61,934 nt of DNA from Eubacteriales bacterium (GTDB taxonomy: Bacteria > Bacillota > Clostridia > Oscillospirales > CAG-272), in contig JAZNJA010000059.1 of assembly GCA_045577755.1 (NCBI GenBank), positions 1 through 61,934 of the forward strand, written 5' to 3'. Positions 39,363 through 50,217 of this stretch are shown here, in pieces. Position numbers and translations under genes: made by a program. How positions within the stretch are numbered: position 1 is the first letter of the stretch; the number at the start of each line of letters is the position of its first letter. The notes beneath the pieces were generated by a model. It ran no database searches. It saw only the letters and a program-made list of their open reading frames with translations, and was not told where the DNA came from.

Positions 39363-39833
39363 GTGCCGAGAAGAGGTTCTATATCCAAGAGAGATGTATT
39401 GCCGGATCCTTTGTACAATTCCAAGCTGGTCACCAAGCTTGTGAACAACGTTATGTACGACGGCAAGAAGGGCGTGGCTCAGACCATCGTGTACGATGCG
39501 TTCAAGATGATCGAAGAGAAGCTGGGTCAGAATGCCCTTGAAGTTTTCCAGGCCGCGCTTGACAACATCAAGCCCGAGCTGGAGGTTAAGGCTCGCCGCG
39601 TGGGTGGTTCCACCTACCAGGTGCCTATGGAGGTCCGCCCTGAGCGCCAGCAGACCCTGGCTCTCCGTTGGCTGATCAACTATTCCAGAAACCGTTCCGA
39701 GAGAACCATGGCTGAGAGACTGGCGGGCGAGATCATGGACGCCAAGAACAGCCTGGGCGGCGCCTTCAAGAAGAAGGAAGAGACTCACCGTATGGCCGAG
39801 GCCAACAAGGCTTTCGCCCATTACCGTTATTGA
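39363..39833 (+). CDS. rpsG: 30S ribosomal protein S7
   Basis: [27 protein letters not shown]. Confidence 0.99.
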   Translation: MPRRGSISKRDVLPDPLYNSKLVTKLVNNVMYDGKKGVAQTIVYDAFKMIEEKLGQNALEVFQAALDNIKPELEVKARRVGGSTYQVPMEVRPERQQTLALRWLINYSRNRSERTMAERLAGEIMDAKNSLGGAFKKKEETHRMAEANKAFAHYRY

Positions 39834-39884
39834 TTTTCGGGCTATCGCTTGAAAGTCTAGCGCCAAAAAGCAAGGAGAAAATCA

Positions 39885-41969
39885 ATGGCAAGAGAGTATT
39901 CGCTTGAGCATACTCGGAATATCGGCATCATGGCTCACATCGATGCCGGTAAGACTACCACGACCGAGCGTATCCTGTTCTACACCGGTAAGACCCATAA
40001 GCTTGGCGAGACCCACGAGGGCGGCGCCACCATGGACTGGATGGAGCAGGAGCAGGAGAGAGGTATCACCATTACCTCCGCGGCTACCACCTGTTACTGG
40101 AATGATAACCGCATCAATATCATCGACACCCCCGGCCACGTGGACTTCACCGTTGAGGTGGAGCGTTCCCTGCGCGTCCTGGACGGCTCCGTGACCGTCT
40201 TCTGCGCCAAGGGCGGTGTTGAGCCCCAGTCTGAGACCGTCTGGCGTCAGGCTGACAAGTATCGCGTGCCCCGTATGGCGTACGTCAACAAGATGGACAT
40301 CACGGGCGCCGACTTCTATCATGTTCTGGACATGATGAGAGACAGACTCCACGCAAATCCCGTTCCCCTGCAGCTGCCCATCGGTAAGGAGATGACCTTC
40401 CGCGGTATCATCGACCTGCTGAACATGGAGGCTGACGTCTACTACGACGAGCTGGGTAAGGACGTCCGCGTTGAGCCTATCCCCGAGGACATGGTTGAGC
40501 TGGCTGAGCAGTACCGCGCCGAGCTGGTGGAGGCTGTCGCTTCTACCGACGAGGAGCTGATGGAGAAGTACCTCTGCGACGAGGAGCTGACCATCGAGGA
40601 GCTCAAGGGCGCTATCCGCCGCGCAACCATCAACAACGAGATCGTTCCCGTCGTTTGCGGTTCCTCTTACCGCAACAAGGGCGTGCAGAAGATGCTGGAC
40701 GCCGTCGTCGACTATATGCCCTCTCCTCTGGACATCCCCGCTATCAAGGGTGTGAACCCCGATACCGGTGACGAGGACGAGCGCCCTGCTTCCGACGACG
40801 CTCCCTTCTCCGCTCTGGCGTTCAAGATCATGACCGATCCCTTCGTGGGTAAGCTCTGCTACTTCAGAGTGTATTCCGGTTCCATCAACGCCGGCGAGAC
40901 CGTCTATAACTCCACCCGCGGTAAGCGCGAGCGTCTGGGCCGTATCCTGATGATGCACGCCAACTCCCGCTCCGATATCGATTCCTGCTACACCGGCGAT
41001 ATCGCCGCTGCCATCGGTGTCAAGAACACCACCACGGGTGATACCTTCTGTGACGAGAAGAACCCCATCATCCTCGAGTCTATGGAGTTCCCCGAGCCCG
41101 TTATCCGCGTGGCGATCGAGCCCAAGACCCGCGCCGGCCAGGAGAAGATGGGCATCGCCCTCGCCAAGCTGGCTGAGGAGGATCCTACCTTCCGCGCCTA
41201 CACCGACGAGGAGACCGGTCAGACCATCATCGCCGGTATGGGTGAGCTTCACCTGGACATCATCGTCGAGCGTCTGCTCCGCGAGTTCAAGGTGGAGGCC
41301 AACATCGGTAAGCCTCAGGTTGCCTACAAGGAGACCATCCGCAAGGCAGTCGATCAGGATACCAAGTACAAGCGTCAGTCCGGTGGTTCCGGTCAGTACG
41401 GTCACGTCAAGATCACTCTGGAGCCCAACGAGCCCGGTAAGGGTTACGAGTTTGTCAACGCCGTCGTGGGCGGTGCGATTCCCAAGGAGTACATCCCCGC
41501 TGTTGACAACGGTATCCAGGGCGCTATGCAGACCGGTGTTCTGGCCGGCTACAACGTCGTTGACGTCAAGGTCACCCTGAACGACGGTTCCTACCACGAA
41601 GTCGACTCGTCCGAGATGGCGTTCAAGATCGCCGGCTCCATGGCCTTCAAGGAGGCTATGAGAAAGGCCGATCCCGTCCTCACCGAGCCTATGATGAAGG
41701 TCGTTACCATTGTCCCTGAGGAGTACATGGGCGACGTCATCGGCGACTTCAACTCCCGCCGCGGCCAGATCCAGTCCATGGAGGCCGGTAACGGCGGTAT
41801 CGAGGAGATCACGGCCTTCGTGCCCCTCTCCTGCATGTTCGGCTACGCGACCGACCTGCGTTCCAAGACCCAGGGTCGCGGCCTCTACTCCATGGAGCCC
41901 AGCCACTTCGCAGAAGTGCCCAAGAGCATCCAGGAGGAGATCGTTAAGGCTCGCGGTAAGAACAACTGA
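39885..41969 (+). CDS. fusA: Elongation factor G
   Basis: [32 protein letters not shown]. Confidence 0.99.
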   Translation: MAREYSLEHTRNIGIMAHIDAGKTTTTERILFYTGKTHKLGETHEGGATMDWMEQEQERGITITSAATTCYWNDNRINIIDTPGHVDFTVEVERSLRVLDGSVTVFCAKGGVEPQSETVWRQADKYRVPRMAYVNKMDITGADFYHVLDMMRDRLHANPVPLQLPIGKEMTFRGIIDLLNMEADVYYDELGKDVRVEPIPEDMVELAEQYRAELVEAVASTDEELMEKYLCDEELTIEELKGAIRRATINNEIVPVVCGSSYRNKGVQKMLDAVVDYMPSPLDIPAIKGVNPDTGDEDERPASDDAPFSALAFKIMTDPFVGKLCYFRVYSGSINAGETVYNSTRGKRERLGRILMMHANSRSDIDSCYTGDIAAAIGVKNTTTGDTFCDEKNPIILESMEFPEPVIRVAIEPKTRAGQEKMGIALAKLAEEDPTFRAYTDEETGQTIIAGMGELHLDIIVERLLREFKVEANIGKPQVAYKETIRKAVDQDTKYKRQSGGSGQYGHVKITLEPNEPGKGYEFVNAVVGGAIPKEYIPAVDNGIQGAMQTGVLAGYNVVDVKVTLNDGSYHEVDSSEMAFKIAGSMAFKEAMRKADPVLTEPMMKVVTIVPEEYMGDVIGDFNSRRGQIQSMEAGNGGIEEITAFVPLSCMFGYATDLRSKTQGRGLYSMEPSHFAEVPKSIQEEIVKARGKNN

Positions 41970-42091
41970 TCCGCATCCTTATAACCGCCAAGCTGCGGCT
42001 TGGCAGGTGACGTTCCCCCAAAAGGGGGAGCGCACCGATCATTCACCCTTAAAACCTTATTTAAAAATTTATTTTATGGAGGAAGTTTACA

Positions 42092-43297
42092 ATGGCAAAG
42101 GCTACATTCGAGCGCACCAAGCCCCACGTTAACATTGGTACCATCGGTCACGTCGACCACGGTAAGACCACTCTGACCGCCGCTATCACCAAGACCCTGT
42201 CTCTGGGTAACGCCGGTGTCGAGGCTATGGCTTACGACCAGATCGACAACGCTCCCGAGGAGAAGGCTCGTGGTATCACGATCAACACCCGTCACGTTGA
42301 GTACGAGACCGAGAACCGTCACTACGCTCACGTCGACTGCCCCGGCCACGCCGACTACGTTAAGAACATGATCACCGGTGCTGCCCAGATGGACGGCGCT
42401 ATCCTGGTCGTTGCAGGTACCGATGGCCCTCTCGCCCAGACCCGTGAGCACGTTCTGCTGGCTCGTCAGGTTGGCGTTCCCGCAATCGTTGTCTTCATGA
42501 ACAAGACCGACCTCGTTGACGACGAGGAGCTGCTGGATCTCGTCGAGATGGAGGTCCGTGACCTGCTGTCCGAGTACGATTTCCCCGGCGACGACATTCC
42601 GATCGTCCGCGGCTCTGCCCGTGACGCTCTGACCTCTGAGTCCAACGATCCCTCTTCTCCCGAGTACGCTCCCATTCTCGAGCTGATGGCTGAGGTCGAC
42701 TCCTACATTCCTACCCCCGAGCGTAAGGCTGACCTGCCCTTCCTGATGCCCGTCGAGGACGTCTTCTCCATCTCCGGCCGTGGTACCGTTGCTACCGGTC
42801 GTGTGGAGAGAGGTACCCTGAAGGTCAACGATACCGTCGAGATCGTCGGTCTGGTTGACGAGAAGGAGACCACCGTCGTTACCGGTGTCGAGATGTTCCA
42901 CAAGCTGCTGCCTCAGGCTGAGGCCGGTGACAACATCGGTGCTCTGCTCCGTGGTATCGCTAAGGACGGCATCCGCCGCGGTCAGGTTCTGGCTAAGCCC
43001 GGCTCCGTCAACCCCCACACCAACTTCAAGGGCAACGTGTACGTTCTGTCCGAGAAGGAGGGTGGTCGTCAGAAGCCCTTCTTCGCTGGCTACCGTCCTC
43101 AGTTCTACTTCAGAACTACCGACGTGACCGGTGTCATCGAGCTGCCTGAGGGCGTCGAGATGTGCCGCCCCGGCGATAACGTCGAGATGACCGTCGAGCT
43201 GATCGCCCCCATCGCTTGCGAGAAGGGTCTCCGCTTCGCTATCCGTGAGGGTGGCCGTACCGTCGGTTCCGGCGTCGTTTCCGAGATCATCAAGTAA
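42092..43297 (+). CDS. tuf: Elongation factor Tu
   Basis: [35 protein letters not shown]. Confidence 0.99.
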   Translation: MAKATFERTKPHVNIGTIGHVDHGKTTLTAAITKTLSLGNAGVEAMAYDQIDNAPEEKARGITINTRHVEYETENRHYAHVDCPGHADYVKNMITGAAQMDGAILVVAGTDGPLAQTREHVLLARQVGVPAIVVFMNKTDLVDDEELLDLVEMEVRDLLSEYDFPGDDIPIVRGSARDALTSESNDPSSPEYAPILELMAEVDSYIPTPERKADLPFLMPVEDVFSISGRGTVATGRVERGTLKVNDTVEIVGLVDEKETTVVTGVEMFHKLLPQAEAGDNIGALLRGIAKDGIRRGQVLAKPGSVNPHTNFKGNVYVLSEKEGGRQKPFFAGYRPQFYFRTTDVTGVIELPEGVEMCRPGDNVEMTVELIAPIACEKGLRFAIREGGRTVGSGVVSEIIK

Positions 43298-43321
43298 TTA
43301 ACCCCTCAAGGGAAAATTCGC

Positions 43322-43373
43322 CCCGCAGCAACGTAGCAATGCTCTCATTGCCCGCGCATTGCTGCGGGGTTTT
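43322..43373 (+). terminator. Terminator after tuf
   Basis: ccccgcagcaa...ttgctgcgggg + TTTT. Confidence 0.7.
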
Positions 43374-43400
43374 CATATTCTATTATTACATTACACAACA

Positions 43401-43630
43401 CATCTTTGAGAATTGGTGAAATTCCATACCGGTGGTCATAGCCCACGAACACGCCGCCCCGCTTGGCAGGCGTGCCTGGCAGGTGTAATTCCTGCGCCGA
43501 CGGTCGAACTCGGCGGAGCCGAGTTCAGGAAGTTTGCGTTGCAAACTTCCGCATGTTCCGTTTGAACGTTGATTCTTGTTTTCATGAACAGCGAAAGGGA
43601 ACGCGCTACAGTCCGGATGGGAAAGGATAG
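43401..43630 (+). ncRNA. FMN riboswitch (RFN) with ~100-nt internal insertion
   Basis: GGTGAAATTCC, ACCGGTGGT..AGCCCACGA, GGTGTAATTCC, CCGACGGT ... AGTCCGGATGGGA. Confidence 0.85.
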
Positions 43631-43637
43631 CTTTTTT

Positions 43638-44396
43638 ATGTCTGTATCCAAAAAGAACCGCGTGCGTTTGCGCGCCCTTGTTCTGATGGCGGTCTTTGCC
43701 GCGCTGGCCTACGCCGCCATGTTCGTTTTCCGCTTCAATGTTACCTTCCTGACCTTCGATCTGAAGGATTCCATCATCACCATCTCGGGCCTGCTCCTGG
43801 GCCCCGTGGCCGCCGCCGTGGTCTCGCTTTTGGTGGCATCCCTGGAATTCATCACCATCGGGGACACGGGATGGTACGGCTTTCTCATGAATCTGGCGTC
43901 CTCCGTGACGTTTTCGGTGGTGTGCGCCGTGGTGTACCGCCGCAATAAGAAGCTCTCGGGAGCGATTCTGGCCCTGGCTTCGGGCGTGGTCGCCCTGGTG
44001 GCTGTCATGCTGACCCTGAATCTGGTGGTGACCCCCTTCTACATGGGTGCCCCCCGCTCCGCCGTCATCGATATGATCCCCACCCTGCTTCTGCCCTTCA
44101 ACCTCATCAAGGCCCTGGTAAACGCCTCTCTAGTGCTGATCCTCTACAAGCCCGTCCGCCGCGCCATGCAGGCGGCCAATCTCCTGCCGAGAGCTGTCTC
44201 GGGCGAGGGTGACTCTGCCGATCCCGCGGATAAGAAAAAGCAGGCGCGAAGAAGCCTCTGGATCACCCTGGGCGGTCTGGTCTTTATGGCCATCGTCATT
44301 TTCCTGTTCGTCACCCTGCTCCACGGTAATTTTTCCTGGGTGGGCGACTTCACTTGGTTTGAAAATCTCACCGACCTGTTCGGTGCCTCTCAATAA
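43638..44396 (+). CDS. ECF transporter S component (RibU-like)
   Basis: FLTFDLKD, GP..A, LLPFNLIKA; FMN riboswitch upstream; real ATG likely 43638. Confidence 0.8.
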   Translation: MSVSKKNRVRLRALVLMAVFAALAYAAMFVFRFNVTFLTFDLKDSIITISGLLLGPVAAAVVSLLVASLEFITIGDTGWYGFLMNLASSVTFSVVCAVVYRRNKKLSGAILALASGVVALVAVMLTLNLVVTPFYMGAPRSAVIDMIPTLLLPFNLIKALVNASLVLILYKPVRRAMQAANLLPRAVSGEGDSADPADKKKQARRSLWITLGGLVFMAIVIFLFVTLLHGNFSWVGDFTWFENLTDLFGASQ

Positions 44397-44411
44397 AGAA
44401 AGGTTTTTTCT

Positions 44412-44915
44412 ATGAAAGAAGCCATCGCCAATTTCTTCCTGGAAACGGTGGGCGAGGAGCTCTGCGTCTTCTTCTGCTCCATGCTCCCCATCATCGAGCT
44501 GCGCGGCGCCATCCCCATGGGCGCGGCCTTCGGTCTTCCCTGGTGGCAGACCTATATTATCGCCGTTATCGGCAATATGCTTCCCGTGCCCATCATCCTC
44601 CTCTTCGTCAAGTCGGTGCTGACCTGGATGGCGGGGTGCAAGGTCAAGTTCTTCAATAAGGTCGCGAATAAGATGTTCGAGAAGGCCGAGAAGAACCGCG
44701 CCAAGATCGAGAAGTACGCCTTCTGGGGCCTCACCCTCTTCGTGGCCATCCCTCTGCCCGCCACGGGAGCCTGGACGGGAACCCTGGTAGCCGCTCTCTT
44801 TGACATGAAGTTCTGGAAATCCTTCCTATCCGCCCTCATCGGCGTCATGATCGCCGGTGTGGTCATGACTCTCATCTCCTACGGCGTTGTCGCCGCCTGG
44901 GGCGCCCTGTTCTGA
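44412..44915 (+). CDS. Small multidrug export family (COG2426) membrane protein
   Basis: SMLPIIELRGAIP, FVAIPLPATGAWTG. Confidence 0.9.
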   Translation: MKEAIANFFLETVGEELCVFFCSMLPIIELRGAIPMGAAFGLPWWQTYIIAVIGNMLPVPIILLFVKSVLTWMAGCKVKFFNKVANKMFEKAEKNRAKIEKYAFWGLTLFVAIPLPATGAWTGTLVAALFDMKFWKSFLSALIGVMIAGVVMTLISYGVVAAWGALF

Positions 44916-44962
44916 GCCGTTCCTTTGCGCAACCTGAAAAATTTGTAAATATGAGGTTTACC

Positions 44963-46435
44963 ATGAAAAATGCGAAGCGCATCGTCTCCCTTCTCCTCGC
45001 CATGCTTCTGGGCATGAGCCTGCTTTTGACCGCTGTGTCTTGCGGCGACGCCACCGAGGAGCCCGGGGACACCCACGCCGCCACTCAAGGCGCTACCGTG
45101 GGCGATACCGAGACTGAGGCTCCCTACGATCAGCTGTTCAAGGAGCCCTACGACCGCGAGTTTTCCATTCTGATCCGCGACGACTGCGTGGACGATTTCG
45201 TGGTGGAGGGTATGAAGGGAGACGTTCTGGGGGATTCCCTCTACGAGCGTAACACCGTGGTGGCTGAGGATTTCGGCGTGACCTTTGTCCATAGCTACCA
45301 GGGCTATTCCTACAGCGCCGTCAACCAGGCGCTCCAGCAGCAGGTCAACGGCGGTCTGGACGACTACGATATGTACATCGGCCATAAGTACTCCTATACC
45401 AATCTGGCCATGAACAACTACCTGTTCGACCTGAATAAGATCACCTCCCTGGAGCTGTCGGGGGCCTGGTGGGATCAGGGCTGCTACGACAATCTGACCG
45501 TCGGCGGCCATACCTACGTCATGACCGGTGATATCCTCCCCGATTCCTCCATGCGCATCTCTTCCTGTATGGTCTTCAACAAGGATCTCATGGTGGAGCT
45601 GGCCAAATCGGTGGATGAGCTGAACGATACCGCCCGGAACGGCGGCTTTACCCTGGACGTCCTCCACACCTACTGCAAGGACGTCACTCTGGACCTCAAC
45701 GGTGACAGTACCCTGAACTACATGGACGACCGCTACTGCCTCACCGGCTGGAAGATGGCCGCGCCCTACGCCATGTTCTACGGCGCGGGCGGTATGTTCG
45801 TTTCTGCGGAGGACGGCGTTCCTACCGTGTCCTACACCGACGAGGCCGTCACGGGCATCTACGAGAAGCTCCACAAGGTCATCGTGGGGCAGAATGCCTA
45901 CCACGTGACCAACGAGGCTATGTACGACACCATGTTCGACGTCTTTACCGAGGGCCGCGCTCTGTTTTCCACCATGACCCTCCGCCTCATCTCCCAGTAC
46001 CTGTCCGAGATGGAGGACAGCTACGGTATCCTGCCCGAGCCTAAGTATGACACCTACCAAGAGGAGTACCTCTCCTTCGTCAACGGCTCCACCTCCCTGG
46101 TCATGGTCGCCAAGACCGAGGAGGATCCTGAGTTCGTGGGTACCGTCATGGAGGCCATGGCCACCTATAACTACAGCCATGTCACCCCCAATATGTTCCA
46201 GGTGGTCACCAAGCTCCAGGCCGCCCAGGATCCCGCCTCCGCCGAGATGGTGGATCTCATCATCCGCAACCGCGTGTTCGATCTGGGCTACTTCGCCGAT
46301 ATGGGTGTCAGTAACCTGGTCCGGGATAGCCTGATCGCAGGCCGCCAGGAGATCGCCTCGGGCCTGAAGTCGGGCCGCAAGGCCGCTGAGCGGAGCCTGG
46401 AGCTTCTGCTCAAGAATATGGATCGCTTCGACTAA
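44963..46435 (+). CDS. Extracellular solute-binding lipoprotein
   Basis: Lipobox LTAVSC; YERN, WWDQ, YGILPEPKYD motifs. Confidence 0.8.
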   Translation: MKNAKRIVSLLLAMLLGMSLLLTAVSCGDATEEPGDTHAATQGATVGDTETEAPYDQLFKEPYDREFSILIRDDCVDDFVVEGMKGDVLGDSLYERNTVVAEDFGVTFVHSYQGYSYSAVNQALQQQVNGGLDDYDMYIGHKYSYTNLAMNNYLFDLNKITSLELSGAWWDQGCYDNLTVGGHTYVMTGDILPDSSMRISSCMVFNKDLMVELAKSVDELNDTARNGGFTLDVLHTYCKDVTLDLNGDSTLNYMDDRYCLTGWKMAAPYAMFYGAGGMFVSAEDGVPTVSYTDEAVTGIYEKLHKVIVGQNAYHVTNEAMYDTMFDVFTEGRALFSTMTLRLISQYLSEMEDSYGILPEPKYDTYQEEYLSFVNGSTSLVMVAKTEEDPEFVGTVMEAMATYNYSHVTPNMFQVVTKLQAAQDPASAEMVDLIIRNRVFDLGYFADMGVSNLVRDSLIAGRQEIASGLKSGRKAAERSLELLLKNMDRFD

Positions 46436-46474
46436 AAAAAGCGCAGAAACAACAAGGGACTTTTCCTATACCCC

Positions 46475-46503
46475 TTGACATCCCGCGTCATTTTCTGTAT
46501 AAT
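46475..46503 (+). promoter_or_regulatory. Sigma-A promoter
   Basis: Perfect TTGACA-17bp-TATAAT. Confidence 0.8.
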
Positions 46504-46575
46504 AATAAGAGCGGGAGATGTCTGTATCTCCCGCCTATCGAACAAAGCGAAGGAATGAATCCGAAGGAGGACTAA

Positions 46576-48042
46576 ATGAAGCACCATACCCTGAAAAAAA
46601 GCCTGTCTCTTCTGATGGCTCTGGTCATGATTATGGGCACCCTTTTCCTGGCCGTTTCCTGCAGTACCGGCGAGGAGACCCCTAAAGAGACCGTGTCCGA
46701 TACTCTGGCCGAGACCGAACCCGAGACCGGCGCTTACGATACCGTCGCAAAGCAGAACTACGACCGTGAATTCGCCATTATGTCCCGCGATGATATTCTG
46801 GGCGACTTCGAGATCGAGGATCTGACGGGCGATCTCCTGGACGATATGCTCTATGAGAGAAACACGCTGATCACCACCGACTTTGGCATTGAGTTTTCCT
46901 ACTACGATATGAGCTACGTCGACGTCAACACCACCCTGAATACCCAGGCCACCAGTGGCAGCGACGACTACGATCTCTACATCGGCCATAAGTATTCCTT
47001 TGGAACCTGCGCACAGAACAATTACTGCTACAATCTGGGTGAGATCACCGAGATCGACCTGACCCAGCCCTGGTGGGATCAGTCCTGCTACAAGAACATG
47101 ACCGTAAACGACCGTACCTACGTCATGACGGGCGACATCTTCCCCTCCTCCATGCTGTTCTCCTCCTGCTTGACCTTCAACCGTAAGATGGTGAAGGAGC
47201 TGGGTAAATCCGATACGGCCCTCTTCGAGCTGGCCCGCAACGGCGGCTGGACCATGGATGCCATGTATGAGTACTGCAAGGACGTCACCTTCGACCTCAA
47301 CGGCGACGGTAATCTGTCCTACACCGACGACCGCTACTGCCTCTCCTCCTGGATGATGGACGTCCCCTTCAGTATGTACTACGCCTGCAACGAGAACTTC
47401 ATTACCATTGAGGACGGTGTTCCCGAACTGACCTACGACACCGAAAAGGTTATCTCCATCTACGACAAGATCTATAAGATCATCGTGGAGCAGAACGCCT
47501 ACTTCGTCACCGATATCAACGTCTACGCCACTACCTACGACGTCTTTACCGCCGGACGCGCCATGTTCTGCGATATGTCTCTGAACAAGATCTCCACCTT
47601 CCTGTCCGAGATGACCGATCCCTACGGCATCCTGCCCATGCCCAAGTACGACGAGGCACAGCCCGAGTATCTCTCTTTTGTCAACGGCGCGACTGCCCTG
47701 GTCATGGTCGCCAAGACCGAGAAGGACCCCGAGTTCGTGGGCACCATCATCGAGGCGATGGCTACCTGCAACTACGACCGCGTGACCCCCAAGCTGTTCC
47801 AGGTCATTACCAAGCTCCAGGCAGCCCAGGATCCCGATTCCTCTGCTATGGTGGACTACATCGTCCGTAACCGCATTTTCGATCTGGCTTACTTCGCCGA
47901 TTTCCAGATCAGCAACGTGGTTCTGGAAAATCTGAAGGCCGGCCAGGAGAGTATTTCCTCCAAGATGAAGTCGGCCGGCAGAACCGCCACCAGCATGCTG
48001 AACCGCATGATCAAGACCTTCGAGAAGCACGAGGAATCCTGA
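46576..48042 (+). CDS. Extracellular solute-binding lipoprotein (paralog of the upstream gene)
   Basis: Lipobox FLAVSC; colinear similarity along its length to 44963..46435. Confidence 0.8.
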   Translation: MKHHTLKKSLSLLMALVMIMGTLFLAVSCSTGEETPKETVSDTLAETEPETGAYDTVAKQNYDREFAIMSRDDILGDFEIEDLTGDLLDDMLYERNTLITTDFGIEFSYYDMSYVDVNTTLNTQATSGSDDYDLYIGHKYSFGTCAQNNYCYNLGEITEIDLTQPWWDQSCYKNMTVNDRTYVMTGDIFPSSMLFSSCLTFNRKMVKELGKSDTALFELARNGGWTMDAMYEYCKDVTFDLNGDGNLSYTDDRYCLSSWMMDVPFSMYYACNENFITIEDGVPELTYDTEKVISIYDKIYKIIVEQNAYFVTDINVYATTYDVFTAGRAMFCDMSLNKISTFLSEMTDPYGILPMPKYDEAQPEYLSFVNGATALVMVAKTEKDPEFVGTIIEAMATCNYDRVTPKLFQVITKLQAAQDPDSSAMVDYIVRNRIFDLAYFADFQISNVVLENLKAGQESISSKMKSAGRTATSMLNRMIKTFEKHEES

Positions 48043-48067
48043 GCGAATTACTTCATACAGCGATCCA

Positions 48068-48153
48068 CTTATCAAGAGTGACGGAGGGACAGGCCCTGTG
48101 AAGTCACGACAACCTGCCGCAGGGCGGTAAGGTGCCAATACCTGATTGATGAG
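48068..48153 (+). ncRNA. SAM-I riboswitch (P4-less)
   Basis: CTTATCAAGAG..GGAGGGAC.GGCCC..GAAG..CAACC..AAGGTGCCAA..GATGAG upstream of metK. Confidence 0.9.
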
Positions 48154-48165
48154 AGTCAAACACGG

Positions 48166-48200
48166 AAAAGCCCTCTGTCTGACTCGGCAGAGGGCTTTTT
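48166..48200 (+). terminator. Riboswitch-controlled terminator
   Basis: aaaagccctctgtc...ggcagagggcttttt. Confidence 0.85.
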
Positions 48201-48301
48201 CCGGAAAAGACGGACCACAAGCATCCATCACTCTGAAAGCAAAGAGGGAAGCATCCCGACAAGATAGACCCATACCGAAACAAACGAAAGGACATAGAAA
48301 C

Positions 48302-49492
48302 ATGATTAACGACAACAGAAAAGTGCTGTTCACCAGCGAATCCGTGACCGAGGGTCACCCCGACAAGATCTCCGACAAGATCTCCGACGCCATCCTGGAC
48401 GAGCTGCTCCGCCAGGACCCCATGTCCCGCGTAGCCTGCGAGACCTTCTGCACCACAGGCCTCGTGGCCATCATGGGTGAGATCACCACCAAAGCCACCG
48501 TGGACTTCCAGAAGATCGTCCGCGAGACCGTCCGTGAGATCGGTTACACCCGCGCCAAGTACGGCTTTGACTGCGACTCCTGCGCCGTCATCTCCTCCAT
48601 CCACGAGCAGTCCCCCGACATCGCCATGGGCGTGGACAAGTCTCTGGAGGCTAAGAACGGCGAGTCTGATGGCCTGGACACCGGCGCGGGCGACCAGGGC
48701 CTCATGTTCGGCTACGCCTGCAACGAGACCCCCGAGCTCATGCCCCTGCCCATCTCCCTGTCCCACGAGCTGGCCAAGCGCCTGACCGCCGTCCGCAAGA
48801 GCGGCGAGCTGGACTATCTCCGTCCCGACGGTAAGACCCAGGTCACCGTGGAGTACGTGAACGGCAAGCCCACCCGCGTGGACACCGTGGTGGTCTCCAC
48901 CCAGCACTCCGCCGAGGTCTCTCTGGAGACCATCCGCGAGGACATGATCGAGCGCGTCATCCGTCCCATCGTCCCCGCCGCTCTGCTGGATGAGAACACC
49001 AAGTTCTTCGTTAACCCCACCGGCCGCTTCGTCATCGGCGGCCCTGCCGGGGATACCGGTCTGACGGGCCGCAAGATCATCGTGGACACCTACGGCGGCT
49101 ACGCCCGTCACGGCGGCGGCGCCTTCTCGGGTAAGGATCCCACCAAGGTGGACCGCTCCGCCTCCTACGCCGCCCGCTACATCGCCAAGAACGTGGTGGC
49201 CGCAGGCCTGGCCGACCACTGCGAGGTCCAGGTCGCCTACGCCATCGGCGTGGCCAAGCCTGTTTCTGTTCTGGTGGACACCTTCGGCACCGCCAAGGTC
49301 TCCGAGGCCGCTATTCAGGAAGCCGTTCTGAAGCACGTGGATCTCCGTCCTGCCGCCATCATTCAGAAGTTCGACCTCCGCCGTCCCATCTACTGCGACC
49401 TGGCCGCCTATGGCCACATGGGCCGCGAGGACCTGAACGCCCCCTGGGAGAAGACCGACCTGGCCGAGACCCTCAAGGCAGAGCTGCTGTAA
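48302..49492 (+). CDS. metK: S-adenosylmethionine synthetase
   Basis: [31 protein letters not shown] 48302 after GAAAGGA. Confidence 0.98.
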   Translation: MINDNRKVLFTSESVTEGHPDKISDKISDAILDELLRQDPMSRVACETFCTTGLVAIMGEITTKATVDFQKIVRETVREIGYTRAKYGFDCDSCAVISSIHEQSPDIAMGVDKSLEAKNGESDGLDTGAGDQGLMFGYACNETPELMPLPISLSHELAKRLTAVRKSGELDYLRPDGKTQVTVEYVNGKPTRVDTVVVSTQHSAEVSLETIREDMIERVIRPIVPAALLDENTKFFVNPTGRFVIGGPAGDTGLTGRKIIVDTYGGYARHGGGAFSGKDPTKVDRSASYAARYIAKNVVAAGLADHCEVQVAYAIGVAKPVSVLVDTFGTAKVSEAAIQEAVLKHVDLRPAAIIQKFDLRRPIYCDLAAYGHMGREDLNAPWEKTDLAETLKAELL

Positions 49493-49616
49493 TCATTTCA
49501 TCATCAAGGGACGGTGCCGGGTTGGTGCCGTCCCTGTGGCTCTTTAGCGGTGATGCAAATTGCCGTTTAGCGGTGTGTTTGAAATCCGATAAGTAAAATG
49601 AAACCGCTATGCTGGC

Positions 49617-49728
49617 GGGCGGCCACGCAGGGCCGCCCCTACAGGCGTATTTCTTTGTTTGACAATAACTTTTCGGGTTTAAAATTATTATAAGGCGGTT
49701 TGTAGGGGCGACCCTATGTGGTCGCCCG
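49617..49728. repeat. Pair of inverted GTAG-type REP elements
   Basis: gggcggcc-acgca-gggccgcccctac and gtaggggcgacc-ctatgt-ggtcgccc. Confidence 0.7.
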
Positions 49729-49849
49729 TTACCCCAAAAATGCATTTCCCATCCGTCAAACAGTTCGATAACCCCAAATTTGAACCCCTCTCACCCCGCC
49801 CCCATTCCCCTCATATACTGATTACCGAAACCATCCTCGGAGGTCAGCT

Positions 49850-50179
49850 ATGAGCGCGAAAGAAACCCTACTCCAAGTCACCGTGGCCGCCCTGTCGGTC
49901 ATCGGCTTTTACGGCATTCTCCACGCCCTTTTCGAGTGCCTCCTCACCCCCCGTGAGCTGGGCACCGCCGTCATCCTCACCCACCCCATCTCCCCCGCCG
50001 AGCTGGATATCCTCCTCTGCGAGGCCCGCCGTGCCCTGCTGGGACGGGGCAAGCGGGTGGTACTGGCCGTGCCCCGTCCCCTGTGGGAGGGGGGCATGAG
50101 GGACTCCGACGAGTATGCCGAGGTCATTGAGAAATACGGCGTGGCGGTCTGTTTGTCCGACCAACCACCCACCCCTTGA
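49850..50179 (+). CDS. Hypothetical protein with N-terminal TM
   Basis: GGAGG RBS; host-like codon usage. Confidence 0.6.
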   Translation: MSAKETLLQVTVAALSVIGFYGILHALFECLLTPRELGTAVILTHPISPAELDILLCEARRALLGRGKRVVLAVPRPLWEGGMRDSDEYAEVIEKYGVAVCLSDQPPTP

Positions 50180-50217
50180 TCCCCCGATCCCCCATTTCAC
50201 AGAAAGGAGGCACCGCC

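Noticed and set aside
30388..43018. Very long antisense ORFs (1437, 1146, 674, 314 aa) opposite rpoB, rpoC, fusA and tuf
   Set aside because: Shadow ORFs caused by strong GC3 codon bias; the same applies to antisense ORFs over gdpP, recD2, metK and fakA
42092..43297. Antibiotic-resistant EF-Tu ([19 protein letters not shown] variants)
   Set aside because: The divergence is real, but I cannot map it confidently to known resistance positions without an alignment
43569..43637. Upstream ORF-track starts for the ECF gene (43569), metK (48146) and recD2 (50176)
   Set aside because: They lie inside riboswitch or leader sequence; downstream starts have proper RBSs
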